In this document: piece after piece, positions 25,360 through 37,460 of the stretch
How the letters are laid out: each line of letters opens with the position of its first letter
Position numbering within the stretch: position 1 is the first letter of the stretch
From: Octopus bimaculoides
Lineage: Eukaryota
Length of the DNA stretch: 64,000 nucleotides
Direction of reading: 5' to 3'
Assembly (NCBI RefSeq): GCF_001194135.2
Contig: NC_068989.1
Coordinates: 39,244,642 to 39,308,641 of the forward strand
Translations under genes and position numbers: made by a program
Notes under the pieces: generated by a model
Databases searched by the model: none
Told to the model about the DNA's origin: nothing
Seen by the model: the letters and a program-made list of their open reading frames with translations, nothing else

Positions 25360-26040
25360 GTGGTGTGCAAGAGAGATGACTGCACTGGTATGGTCATGTG
25401 TTGCATATGGATGAAGACAGCTGTATGAAAAATGTTGCACCCTAGCAGAAGAGGGAAATTTTGGAAGAGGTAGACCCAGGAAGGCCTGGGATGAGGTGGT
25501 GAAGTATGACCTTTAAATGTTGGACCTCACCAAGACGATTACAAGTGACTGATCCCTTTGGAGATATGCTGTGTTTGAGAAGACCTGGCAAACCAAGTGA
25601 GACCGTAACCGGGGCCAATGCCAGTGCAGCATAACCAGCCCATTTAAGAGTACCCTTCAATCATTGGGCAATAAACTGTGCTTGCGAAGATCTGTTGAGT
25701 ACCACCTGATTGGCACCCATGCCGGTGGCACATAAATAGCACCATTCAAGCGTGGTCGATGTCAGTGCCACTTGACTGGTTCCATGCTCATGGCATGTAA
25801 AACTCAGTATTCAAGCATGGTCGATGCTTAGTACCGCCTGACTGGGCCTCATGTTGGCAGCATGTAAAAAGCACCCACTACATTCTCGGAGTGGTTTGCA
25901 CTAGGAAGGGCATCCAGCTGTAGAAACCTTGCCAGATTGGATTGGAGTCTGGTGAAAACTTCTGGCATGCCAGCCCTCAGTCAAATAGTCTAAACCATGC
26001 CTGTATGGAAAGCAGATGTTAAATGACAATGATGATGATG
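25360..26040 (+). mobile_element. RTE LINE 3' fragment with complete 3'UTR containing three ~66-bp tandem units
   Basis: LHWYGHVLHMDEDSC..GRGRPRKAWDEVVKYDL..LWRYAVFEKTWQTK*; units at 25701, 25767 and 25833; ends gttaaatgacaatgatgatg. Confidence 0.9.
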
Positions 26041-27315
26041 ATATATATATATATATATATATANNNNNNNNNNNNNNNNNNNNNNNNNNNNNNNNNNNNN
26101 NNNNNNNNNNNNNNNNNNNNNNNNNNNNNNNNNNNNNNNNNNNNNNNNNNNNNNNNNNNNNNNNNNNNNNNNNNNNNNNNNNNNNNNNNNNNNNNNNNNN
26201 NNNNNNNNNNNNNNNNNNNNNNNNNNNNNNNNNNNNNNNNNNNNNNNNNNNNNNNNNNNNNNNNNNNNNNNNNNNNNNNNNNNNNNNNNNNNNNNNNNNN
26301 NNNNNNNNNNNNNNNNNNNNNNNNNNNNNNNNNNNNNNNNNNNNNNNNNNNNNNNNNNNNNNNNNNNNNNNNNNNNNNNNNNNNNNNNNNNNNNNNNNNN
26401 NNNNNNNNNNNNGAATCATGTAACCATGAAAAAATATGTTCTCAGTAAAAAATTAGCGACACAACAGACTGTAAAAGGGCAAGACCATCTATTTCTAGCA
26501 TATAGGAGTCCACTTTTGCTGGTCATTCCTCTTATTTTTGTATGTAATATAATTTTAATCTTCGGATTTTTTTTTAATATGCTAGACCACTGGTTTTAAT
26601 TGATTAATATCAATTTCTACCCTTATTAATAAATACAAAATATATATATGTATATATTTACATCTTTGTGTATATATATATATATATATATATAAGCACA
26701 CAGACATATACATACATGTATATATACATATACATGCATTAGGCAAGAAGTTGAACATTTTGGGGGCCCATGACACTCCATGGGCCATAAGTAAGGCACA
26801 TGTTAAATTTGAATGAAATCTGTTGGGCAGTTCTCGAGTTTTAGTAATGCACACACACATACATACAGACAGACAGACACATTCTCAATTTTATACCTAT
26901 GGATACGTATATAATACATATGCTTGTATACATGTATGCATTTACATATATATGTATGTTTGTATTTATATATATCTGTCTATATAATATATATGTATAT
27001 ATATATGTATGCTTATATATATGTGTATATATGTATGTGTGTGTGTGCAAATATATATATGTGTGTGTGTGTGTGTGTGGGTGTGTATATATATATTTAT
27101 ATGTAGTGAAATAAATGGCGATACAGGTTGTGTGTGTGTATTTATGCGTGTATATATGTGTGTGTGAAGATACATATCTGTGCTTATAGAAAACAAGCAA
27201 TTGAAGAGGATGCTATATACATATATGTAATTACACACTACATCATGTAGTCGCCATGATTGATTGCTAAATCCACAAGTGTTTGTATTGTCTCTCTGTT
27301 TATTTTCTCTTATTC

Positions 27316-27351
27316 CTTTCTGTTGAAGAGCGTAGGCTCAAAATGTAAAAG
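27316..27351 (+). ncRNA. Decayed minimal hammerhead inside a Penelope pLTR-like fragment (about 27240-27410)
   Basis: CUUU-CUGuUGAa-GAGC-guag-GCUC-aAAAu-GUA-AAAG: stems I and II intact, GAAAC reads aAAAu (CpG-type decay), A6 is U. Confidence 0.55.
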
Positions 27352-28439
27352 ACTTGCTCACTTTCCCGAGCGTCAAACTTATACACCTGCTTGTTGTTAA
27401 ACTTCAACTATATATATATATATATATATATATNNNNNNNNNNNNNNNNNNNNNNNNNNNNNNNNNNNNNNNNNNNNNNNNNNNNNNNNNNNNNNNNNNN
27501 NNNNNNNNNNNNNNNNNNNNNNNNNNNNNNNNNNNNNNNNNNNNNNNNNNNNNNNNNNNNNNNNNNNNNNNNNNNNNNNNNNNNNNNNNNNNNNNNNNNN
27601 NNNNNNNNNNNNNNNNNNNNNNNNNNNNNNNNNNNNNNNNNNNNNNNNNNNNNNNNNNNNNNNNNNNNNNNNNNNNNNNNNNNNNNNNNNNNNNNNNNNN
27701 NNNNNNNNNNNNNNNNNNNNNNNNNNNNNNNNNNNNNNNNNNNNNNNNNNNNNNNNNNNNNNNNNNNNNNNNNNNNNNNNNNNNNNNNNNNNNNNNNNNN
27801 NNNNNNNNNNNNNNNNNNNNNNNNNNNNNNNNNNNNNNNNNNNNNNNNNNNNNNNNNNNNNNNNNNNNNNNNNNNNNNNNNNNNNNNNNNNNNNNNNNNN
27901 NNNNNNNNNNNNNNNNNNNNNNNNNNNNNNNNNNNNNNNNNNNNNNNNNNNNNNNNNNNNNNNNNNNNNNNNNNNNNNNNNNNNNNNNNNNNNNNNNNNN
28001 NNNNNNNNNNNNNNNNNNNNNNNNNNNNNNNNNNNNNNNNNNNNNNNNNNNNNNNNNNNNNNNNNNNNNNNNNNNNNNNNNNNNNNNNNNNNNNNNNNNN
28101 NNNNNNNNNNNNNNNNNNNNNNNNNNNNNNNNNNNNNNNNNNNNNNNNNNNNNNNNNNNNNNNNNNNNNNNNNNNNNNNNNNNNNNNNNNNNNNNNNNNN
28201 NNNNNNNNNNNNNNNNNNNNNNNNNNNNNNNNNNNNNNNNNNNNNNNNNNNNNNNNNNNNNNNNNNNNNNNNNNNNNNNNNNNNNNNNNNNNNNNNNNNN
28301 NNNNNNNNNNNNNNGGGTTACATACTTTGTATTGTTGTTATTGGATTAGCAAAACAATTATGAGAACAGAACCAAGGGATAAGCCCTACTTTCCTGGAAA
28401 TTACAAGATATGCCAGCTAGTATATATATATATGTGTGT

Positions 28440-29575
28440 GTGATCATTATCTTTTTACATCCATCTTTCCATGCTGATATAGTTTGGGTTGATCCTCTCC
28501 TGCCATTTTTTAAAACCATGTCTTTCTCTTTCACAGGTCCTTTCCACAAGAATCTTTTAGTACTTTACCCATCTACCATCATTTATATGCACTACATTTC
28601 TAATACAAGTACAGCCATCTCTCTTGCATAGTGTAGCTTATTCCTCTTATATACAGTTTTCCTCCCAGATCATCTATGTCTCATTATTCATGCACAACAG
28701 CATTACACGTCCAGTAGATAATGCTTGTTTTGTTTCTTACCTACCTTTTACACATTTTCTATATTCTGTGCCTATATTTCACAACCATACAGTATCACAT
28801 CTTATACACAAGCATTGCGCAATCTATACTTTGTGCAAAGAAAGAATCTTCTGGTTGTCAGCAGAGTTGAGAGCTCTAAACTTTTCTCACTGTATTCTAT
28901 TATGCTTTCAAAACACAATTCCCAGCTGCTGATTAGGTCACCTTGGTAACAAAAATTATCAACTGTTTCTAATGAACTTTCTGACTATTTTACTTTTGTT
29001 CTGATGGCTCATTATTCCTGTAAACCTACCACAAGCAAATCCCTAGTCACTGTCAGCCTGCCTTTAATTCCATACACCACTTGTACAACCCTTGATCACA
29101 TAAGGAATTTTGTATCTAATTTTGACCAATACTTGTCCATATTAAGCTTAGCCATTTCTTTGTTGGTATCAGAATTCTGTCTTGCTAAAATTTTAGTCTT
29201 TACTAAATTACTTTGATGTCTTTGAAATCTTTCTTTCCATATGTAGAAGTTCTTTTCTAAATATTCCAATTTCTGCTATAAGAAATAGGTCATCAGCATA
29301 CAAGTGTCCCCAAAAGCAACCAGTTTTGTCTTTCACTGTTATAGCCTGGAGTGCTGTCATAAACAGTAGGGAGCTTAAAACTGAGCACCCACAGAACTGT
29401 GCTCTAAATTCCCTCACTGAACTCCTTGCAAATTCTTTGGTGACTGCCTTTCTATACATGACCTATTCTGCTCTCTCCAGGCATTCATTAACTCTTAGTT
29501 TTCTTAGTGACCTCCAGACTGCAGGACATGGTACTCTATTAAAGGCCTTATCTAGATCAATAAACTTTCAGTGAC
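28440..29575 (-). mobile_element. RTE LINE ORF2 remnant (RT to C-terminus), heavily decayed
   Basis: KAFNRVPC..VWRSLRKL; SVLSSLLF; HLYADDL; SLETVDNFCYQGDLIS; short tail near 28450. Confidence 0.8.
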
Positions 29576-29663
29576 ACTTATGCTCTTTTCATAAATGTGT
29601 ACAAGGGAATGTATATCTACGGAGGAACATACACACACACATTCTTCTATTTCTTATGTGTTT

Positions 29664-29708
<45 letters not shown>

Positions 29709-29769
29709 ATAATGCATCTTATATATATATTCATATATAAAACGCTTTAGTATTTTAAACAAATAATAA

Positions 29770-30144
29770 GTATGGCTTTGTGCTTAAGAAATTTACTGTG
29801 TTATCATGTGATTTCAAGTTCAGCTCCACTACACAGCACCTCTGTGTCTTCTCTTATAACCTCACAAAAGGCATTGAGCTGGTAGAACCACTAGCATGCT
29901 GGACAAAATGCTTAGCACCATTTCATCCATCTTTATGTTCTCGGTTCAAATTCTGCCAAATCTGTCTTCGCTTTTTATCCTTTCAGAGTCGATAGAATAA
30001 GTACCAGTCAAGTACTGGGGTTGATGTAATCAACTTCCTCCCTCCCCTCAAAAACTTCTGGCTTTGTACCAAAATTTGAAACCATTATCATCCTGACCAA
30101 TGCTTTGTGAGTAAATTTGCTAGATAAAAACTGGGTGGAACCCC
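29770..30144 (+). mobile_element. SINE A (29868-30092) nested inside a SINE B head (29770-29863 and 30093-30144)
   Basis: The B-type sequence ...cttataacctc|ctgaccaatgctttgtgag... is split by a full CORE-like SINE A copy. Confidence 0.75.
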
Positions 30145-30539
30145 ATTTTATATATGTATATTGGTGTAGGATCTTTTTGCTTGTTCTCAATCATTTGTTT
30201 ACATTCTCATAATTTAGTGGTTCAGTAAAGAGGGATCAATAGAATAATCTCGAATAAGCCTTTCAAGGAGGTGTTTCAGCATGGCTGCAGTTCAATGAAT
30301 GGAACAAGAATGCAGGAATAAAGGATGAACTATTTTCCAATACCTTGTATAATAAGGAAGTATATTTCAGATATTTCATACAGTTGTGAATATTTGCAAA
30401 CTTAACACCACAATCAAGATGTTGAAGTTATTTTACTTCAAAGTCTTTATTCCACCCAACCCTCCAATTATTCTATTTAGATTCTAAATAATAGGCTTTT
30501 TCTTTCTTCATATCATAAACAAATAAAAAGTCTAAATTG

Positions 30540-30930
30540 ATTTATAACATTGACACAAGGTTACAATTTTGGGAGTGGAAAAGGGTATAGATAATTAAAT
30601 TAATCCCATATGGTACTTTATTTTATTGATCATATAGGATGAAAATTTGATCAACTCATTATGAATAGCAATCAGGTGACACTGCAAGATGTTTTATCTG
30701 ATACCCTATTGATTCTGCCAACTTTACATCATGCTTAATCTTAGCAACAACATCAGTAAGATCATATACAGGCTTTAATTACTTTACTATTTAAATGTTA
30801 TTTATATTATCAGCATAAGAAAAATAAAAGACAAAATCACAGTGGTCTTTGAACTCAGAACGAAAAGGAGTGCACGGTAAATATCAAAGTGTATTTTGTT
30901 TGATGCTCTAATGATTCGACCAAACCACCT
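30540..30930 (-). mobile_element. SINE A fragments (tail 30540-30660, head 30845-30930)
   Basis: ggtactttattttattgatc and tttgaactcagaacg..ctaatgattcgacc motifs. Confidence 0.5.
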
Positions 30931-31074
30931 CCCTTTAAATAATTTGTATTAAAAGTACAGCCAGTTGACACTCATGATCAAGTACAGCTTGTTAACATGT
31001 ACTGTTCTTTTACTAGTTGTTACAGGTGTCTACATGGTCAGGAGTTAACATAGTCACCTTCATAGCTCCATCAA

Positions 31075-31275
31075 CCTTGACCCAGTAGCACAACCAGGAT
31101 GGATGAAGAAAAGGCTGCACAAACATTTAGCTGCTGCTCATTACAGCTGAGTAGACTTAAGCAACATAGAATAAGCTGCCTTGCTCAAGGGCATAACACA
31201 CAGACTGTTCCAGGCACTGGACTTATGGTCTTATGAACATAAAGTAAACACCCTAACCATTAGGCCATGCACCTT
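31075..31275 (-). mobile_element. tRNA-derived SINE C, decayed
   Basis: Minus strand aaggtgcatggcctaatggttagggtg...ccttgagcaaggcagctt...actcagctg, similar to 36986-37115. Confidence 0.6.
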
Positions 31276-32159
31276 ATATAACAAAAATAAAAAGTGATTA
31301 ATAATTTCAAGATTTACTTTGTTATTCTTGTTCGTCACCTGAGGGAACACTTCAGATAATGTGAAAAGTTACAGCAAAACTTTTTCTCCATCATACGATT
31401 TTGAACTACCTTGCTGGTGACTTAATTTTATATCAGCAGCCAAAAATCTGTTGATGCAAAAAGATTTCTAGCAACTAAGTCATACAGCTACTAGAATTAT
31501 AATTTTGACTATAGATCTTTGGTAAATTCTCCAGATAGAACTTGTCCACATGTCTGCACATAAATAAAAATTCAAATCTCCTTCTATTTTAGATTTGTTT
31601 ATGAATGCATGAAAATGTTTTATTTTCCAACCAGGAAAGATTATATTTTATGTATTCAACTGTTAATAATAAACAGAATATAGCATTGTTAGCTGTCAGC
31701 CAGTTGACTAAATAACTGTTGTTGTTATTGCCTAGCACATGTGATCCTTCACTGAGCAGATCTCTGGTGAAAAGCATTCTAGTAGTGGCCATTTAGTATG
31801 AGAGACCACATAAAGGCATCCTCTGTTGGCTTGTTGACTGTTAAGTTATTGGTTCAAATATCTTTGGTCCCATCAAATATATTTTGATGGTTCTATATAA
31901 TGAACTTCTTTGCATCATTTTGTTTCCAATTGAACAAACTTAGTAAATTCTAAATAATGACATAGTAGTATTTCCTGCGGTTCCCTTCTGCACAATGAAA
32001 TATACTAAAGTGGGGAAGCTAATGTGTTTAATGTAGTGCTAACCCAAAAATGTTTAGCCAATTAAGATTACTCTCATAATTAAAACAAAAATCATTAATA
32101 ATTATTGATAATTCTTGTCAAGAAATTCACAGGAGACAAATCTAAAATTCAATGGACTC

Positions 32160-33530
32160 AGTGTTTTTTATGTGGTACTAGCACAGGTGAGGTCAGTTTT
32201 AGTCTGATTTTTACAGCTGAATGCCCTTCCAAATGCCAACCACTTTACAGTGTGGACTGGATGCTTTTTACATGGCACCAGCACTGACAGGGTCACCAAG
32301 TAACTTGCAGGACAAGGAATTTTGAGAGGAGTAGGGGTGTTGGAGGAGGGGATCTTGTCAGATGATGAAAGATTAGAGTGTGACAGAGAAATAGAAAGGC
32401 AGAAATAGGTGTCTTGCTATAGAGGAGGTACATGGTTGACCAGCGAGAGAGAAGAGAAAGAGAGGGAGAGGAAGAGAGAGTTTTGCTGACACAGGCAGGT
32501 TTTCTCTAGAACCTCATATCGCCATACATCTTGGGGTATTTTCATTTCTTCCATGAGCCCTAACACCCTGAGATCAGTCCTCACCATTTCATCCCATGTT
32601 TTCCTGGGACTCCCTCTTCGACAGGTACCATCCACTTTCAGTGACAGGCACTTCTGTATACAGCTGTCTTTACTCATACACATCCCATATCCAAACATAT
32701 GCATTGTCCTCTCCTGCATGCTACATTTAATTCCTCTTATGCCTAACTTTCCTCTCAACACAGTTGTGCTTTGTTGGCCATGCATACTGATGTTGCAAAT
32801 CCAATGGAGCATACTACCTTCATTCCTCTCCAGTCTACACATGCCTTCTGCATTCAGAGTCCATGTCTCACTACCATGGAGTGTAACCATTCATACACAA
32901 GCATCATACAATCTATCTTTCACTCTGAGAAAGAGTCTGTTTGTTGCCAACAGAGGTAGTAGCTCTCTGAACTTCCTCCATCCTATTCTTATTCTAGAAA
33001 CAATACTTTCAGAGCATCCACCACCATTACTAATTTGGTTACCTAAATAGTAAATACTATCTATTATCTCAAGAGAGCCTCCTGGGCATTTGAGAGAGTC
33101 TAAGTCCTTCGTGCTCTTAGTGTATATTGTTCCTGCTAATCTGCCACACACAAAAGCAACCCTTGCAATTCCACTGCATCTCCTATGCATCCATAGCTTA
33201 CACTGAATGCAGCAAATGGAATTACTTCCCACTCCTTTCCTACATATAGAGCAGGGCCATTTACCTGACAGAAAGAAAGTTTTATCTGATTTCTTGCTAA
33301 CAACAAACTTTAGTCTTTACTAAGATAACTTTAAGGCCCTCTGATTCCAGCTTTTGCTTCCAAAGCTGGAGCTTCTCCAATTCTGCTTCAGATTTTGCAA
33401 TAAGAGCAAGGTCATCAGCATATAGCAGTTCCCACAGGCACCCAGTTTTGAATTCCTCTGTTATGCTCTGGAGAACTATGATGAATAAAAGTGGACTAAG
33501 AACTGATACCTAGTGAACTCCATATGTTGA
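32160..33530 (-). mobile_element. RTE LINE: RT second half, Cys-rich insert, C-terminus and 3'UTR
   Basis: GVH*VSVLSPLLF..WELLYADDL; NSICCIQCKLWMHRRCSG..FVC; YYLGNQIS; LHGSETW..RLERNE; RGSPRKTW. Confidence 0.92.
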
Positions 33531-33574
33531 TTTATCTTTTTTTTTCATTGTATGTAAACACAAACATAATAGTG

Positions 33575-33965
33575 TGGATACAAGAGTTTGTTTTGTAACC
33601 ATGTAGCTTGAAGTTCTATTTCACTGGGTGGTGCTTGAATAAGTCACTTCTGTTGTAGCCTCAAGTCAATCATTGATGGAGGGAAACTGTATGGAAGGTC
33701 GCTGGGAGTGTGTGTGTGGGTGTGTGTGTGTGTGTGCATGTGAATGTTTACTTTCTGCAGTTTCATATGAAAGTGCTAGAGCAATAAACAAAAACACTAT
33801 CTTGAATCTCCCTGTTTATCATACTGTAGCTCTGCACTTTTGAAGATGCACAGAATAAAAATTGCTTACTTGAAAAGCAGGTAACGGTTGGCAACAGGAA
33901 GAACAACTGAATATAAAACAATGCCTCAGTTATAACTATTCATCCTCTCCATGCTAATATGTAGA
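33575..33965 (+). mobile_element. SINE D (B-type head, (TG)n, RTE-derived tail), decayed
   Basis: gtaaccatgtag..agcctcaagtc head; gcttacttgaaaagcaggtaacggttggcaacaggaag tail. Confidence 0.6.
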
Positions 33966-34179
33966 AACTTTTGAGCTTGCTTTTACAAATTTGGTTCTGG
34001 GCTGTAGATATTCAATGTCAATTATATTCAAGTTTTACTATGATAAAATAGCTGCCAGAGAGTCCTTTTACCCTGACAGCAAACAGCCATTTTACATAAG
34101 TAGCATAGATCCCTTTTGCATGAGCAACAGAGCCCTTTTACACAGTCAGCACACCGAACTTTTATCTTCTAACACTTTC

Positions 34180-34350
34180 CTTTTGCTTGTTTCAGTCATT
34201 AGACTGTGGCCGTGCTGGGGCACTATCTTGAAACTTTTTCAGGCCGAGTACTAGTATCGGTCTCTTTTGCCAAAGTGCTGTTATGGGGACATGAACACAC
34301 CAACACTGGTTGTTAAGTGGTGGTGGGGGCGCAAACACACACACACATGA
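34180..34350 (-). mobile_element. SINE B 3' half
   Basis: ttgtttcagtcattagactgtggccgtgctggggcac...caacactggttgttaagtgg. Confidence 0.65.
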
Positions 34351-34674
34351 ACACACACACACACTCCATTAACTGCTTCTGAAAATACTTTAAGTGTCCA
34401 CACATACTTTCAGTGTGCTTCATGCTCCTAATGTAAAGAGTTTCTTGTAAGAGTACATGTTTTAATAGCATGCTTTACCAGTAATATATGATTAGGGTTT
34501 AAATCAGTAGTCCTATCAATTTTGTTTTTGTGGGGAAAGTTTTTTTTTCCCTTTGTTGGAGACTGATTTATACATTTCTAGGATTAACTTTGGCTTTCAG
34601 TTCTCCAAGATCAGTAAAAAACCGTCCAGTACTAAGGTTGATTAAATTGCTATACACTTCTATAAAATGTATGA

Positions 34675-35320
34675 CCTTATTGAAAATCTTGCACATTAAA
34701 TTATTCACTGAATTCATAACCAACACTCACTTTACTGACTGTATCGCTATACTCAGCTTGCACTGCTCTCACGAGCTTTTCCTCTGCATCTAATTTACCA
34801 CAAATTGTGACACCCTGTCAAAAGCCTTCACTAGATCAGTGAATGTTAGGAAAAAGAGATTTAGTTTTAGCTAAAGACTTCTCTTATTGGTGTCTCATCA
34901 TAAAGAGAGTATCAATAATAGTCTGACCTATATCTCACATAAGCTGATTCTCTTCTTAATCAATTGTGCTAATACTGTTTCTGTTACTTACATAATCTTG
35001 TCCATCATTTTGTCTATTCTTCATTCTAGAACATCCTCATTGTCCTTGTAATAGTTGACAATTATATTGTTACACCAGTCATTGGATATGAGACTTCTCT
35101 GTATTATTTCGTTGACTATACTTGATCTGCTTCAGCTCTATTTCACCAGATACTTTCAGCAACTATATCTGATTGATCTGCTGATTTCCTCATGTCTGTA
35201 TCTTTAAGGAACATTTTTATCATCTAACTGTCCACCTTAACATCAGGTCTCCTTGTTGGTTATGCTCTTGGTAGTTCCACATTCACCAACCTCTTATGAT
35301 AACAATGAGAGTGGTGATAG
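34675..35320 (-). mobile_element. RTE LINE linker and RT first half
   Basis: CYHKRLVNVE; NDWCNNIIVNYYK; FTDLVKAFDRV; LVRAVQAEY..VSKVSVG..FNVQ. Confidence 0.8.
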
Positions 35321-35334
35321 ATGCTTTAATCTAT

Positions 35335-36290
35335 GTATCCATATGTCCCCTCCCACATCTCTTTCTCAGTTTTCAGAGTTGGCACTGTCAATATAGGCAC
35401 ACTGAAAGGCAGGTCTAGCAAGATTGTTGAGATGCTTGAATGGAGGTGTGTCAATATATTTTGCATCCAAGAAGTAAGGTGAAGAGGAGCTTCAGCCAGG
35501 TTCCTCACAGGCAAGACACATAAGTATAAAATCTTCTGGGAAGATAACAATGATGGAGTAGGTGGTGTGGGCATACTTCTTGCTGAGAAATGGGTGGATA
35601 AGGTCATAGAGGTAGTCAGAGTGTGTGATAGAGTGCTTAAGCTCAGGCTAGTCTGGCAGAATAGTATAGTGACAATTATCTTTGCCTATGCTCCACACAG
35701 GCCTACCAAATGACTAGAAGGACCACTTTTATGATATTTTTCAGCAGGCTACTTCGAAGACGAGTGACAATGATCTCATCTTTGTGGCTGGGGATTTCAA
35801 TGGGCATGTCAGAGGGCAGACTGGTATCTTCCATGGTGTCAATGAAGACAATGGAAATGGTCCCCAAAATGAAGGGGGAAGAAGGCTACTGGAGTTCTGT
35901 GATGCAAATAACCTATTGATCTGCAACGCCAGCCACCTGATTACTTACCAATCAGGTAACTTTGCAAGCCAGATCGATTACATTCTCACCAGACAGTGAG
36001 ATGCATGGTTGCTCTTAAATACAAAAACCCTCCCTGGTGACAAATGTATCCCCTAGCTGAGTGCCACAGACAAAATTTGTGGCTGGTGCAAAGTCCCTTC
36101 CAGATTTAGGGTGACATAGTGGTGGAATGATGTGTTAGATAGGGCCATTAGAGCAAAGAAACAGGCCTGGAAAAGTTGGGGTAGCGGGGAACTGTATCAG
36201 ATAACCAGAAGGGAAGCTAGGAGACAGGTATATCTAGCCAAGGGAGAAGCAGAAAAGAAGTTTGCCTATGTTCCTTACCGTGAGGACCTT
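35335..36290 (+). mobile_element. RTE LINE AP endonuclease and start of linker, with an internal deletion near 36055
   Basis: FRVGTVNIGTLKGR; CIQEVR; GVGILLAEKW; AYAP; VAGDFNGHV; QIDYIL; WWNDVLDRAIRAKKQAWK..GEAEKKFA. Confidence 0.92.
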
Positions 36291-36294
36291 GTCT

Positions 36295-36985
36295 CCATCA
36301 GGCCTAATGTTCGAAAGGTGCTCTTTACATGCCACTAGCACAGGTGCCAGTTATGTAACACCAGCATCAGCCGTAACTATGATTTCACTTGGCTTGATGG
36401 GTCTTCTCAAGCACAGCATATTGCCAAAGGTCTTAGTCACTAGTCATTGCTTCTGTGAGACACAAAGTTTGAAGACCATGCTTCACAACTTCATCCCATG
36501 TCTTCCTGAGTCTACCTCTACTACAGGCTCTCTCCACAGTTAGAGAGTGCCACTTCTTTACACAACTATCTAAGGCATCACCATTACCTTTGTAGCAGTT
36601 GACTATGGTGCTACTACACCAGTCATTGGGTATGACTCCTTTGTGGACCACCTGATTTACAATACGGCTGACTAGACCATAACCCATACCACCAGATATT
36701 TTAAGCATCTCAGCAGTGATTCCTAATGGGCTGGGGCTTTCCCTGTCTTCATATCCTTAATTGTTTTATCTACCAAGGAACTGTCGATTCAGGTAGCTGG
36801 TCGCTCAATTAGGTTGACTCTCCTCTACCTATTCATTTTCCACATTTAACAGTCTTTCATAATGGCATTTCCAAGCCTCTTTCTTTGCAGCACCATTAAA
36901 TGCAAGTGCACCATCATCCATATGGACACATTTCTCTCCTATGACATCATGATTTTCTTTCACACACTGTCTTGCCCAGTTCAGC
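36295..36985 (-). mobile_element. RTE derivative lacking the whole RT: linker fused to C-terminus and partial 3'UTR
   Basis: ARQCVKENHDV..HYERLLNVENE..MKTGKAP..YKGNGDALD|SCVKKWHSL..RGRLRKTWDEVV. Confidence 0.88.
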
Positions 36986-37115
36986 TGAGTGAACTGAAGC
37001 AGTGTGAAATAAAGTGTCTTGCTCAAGAACACAATACAGAGCCTGGTTCGAGAATCAAATGCACTACCTCGCGATTGTGAGCCCGACACTCTAACCACTG
37101 AGCCATGTGCCTTCA
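36986..37115 (-). mobile_element. tRNA-derived SINE C, 5' part
   Basis: Minus strand ggcacatggctcagtggttagagtg (box A)...gattctcgaacc (box B-like)...cttgagcaagacactttatttcac. Confidence 0.75.
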
Positions 37116-37150
37116 CATTGATTATTTGTATATACATACATATATGTATG

Positions 37151-37190
<40 letters not shown>

Positions 37191-37234
37191 TGTGTGTGTG
37201 AGTAAGTGTGTGAGTATGCCTATATCTATATGTG

Positions 37235-37460
37235 TTTCTGTCTTCTTGTCTATGATAGTTGAAAATGAGCATCACAACAACAAGTGGTGTTGTTCATTTC
37301 CAGTCTTCCATGGAAATATATCTGGTCATGGAGAAATACTACCTTACTTGGAAATAGATGAGGTATGGTGGTGATAGGAAGTACATTTGGCCATAGAAAA
37401 ATCTACCTCAATGAATTCTATCTGCCCTATGTAACATTAAACATTAAAACGATGATGGTA
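37235..37460 (+). mobile_element. SINE D body and RTE-derived tail
   Basis: ccttacttggaaatagatgagg..ggtgataggaagtacatttggccatagaaaaatctacctcaa..ttaaaacgatgatg. Confidence 0.6.
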
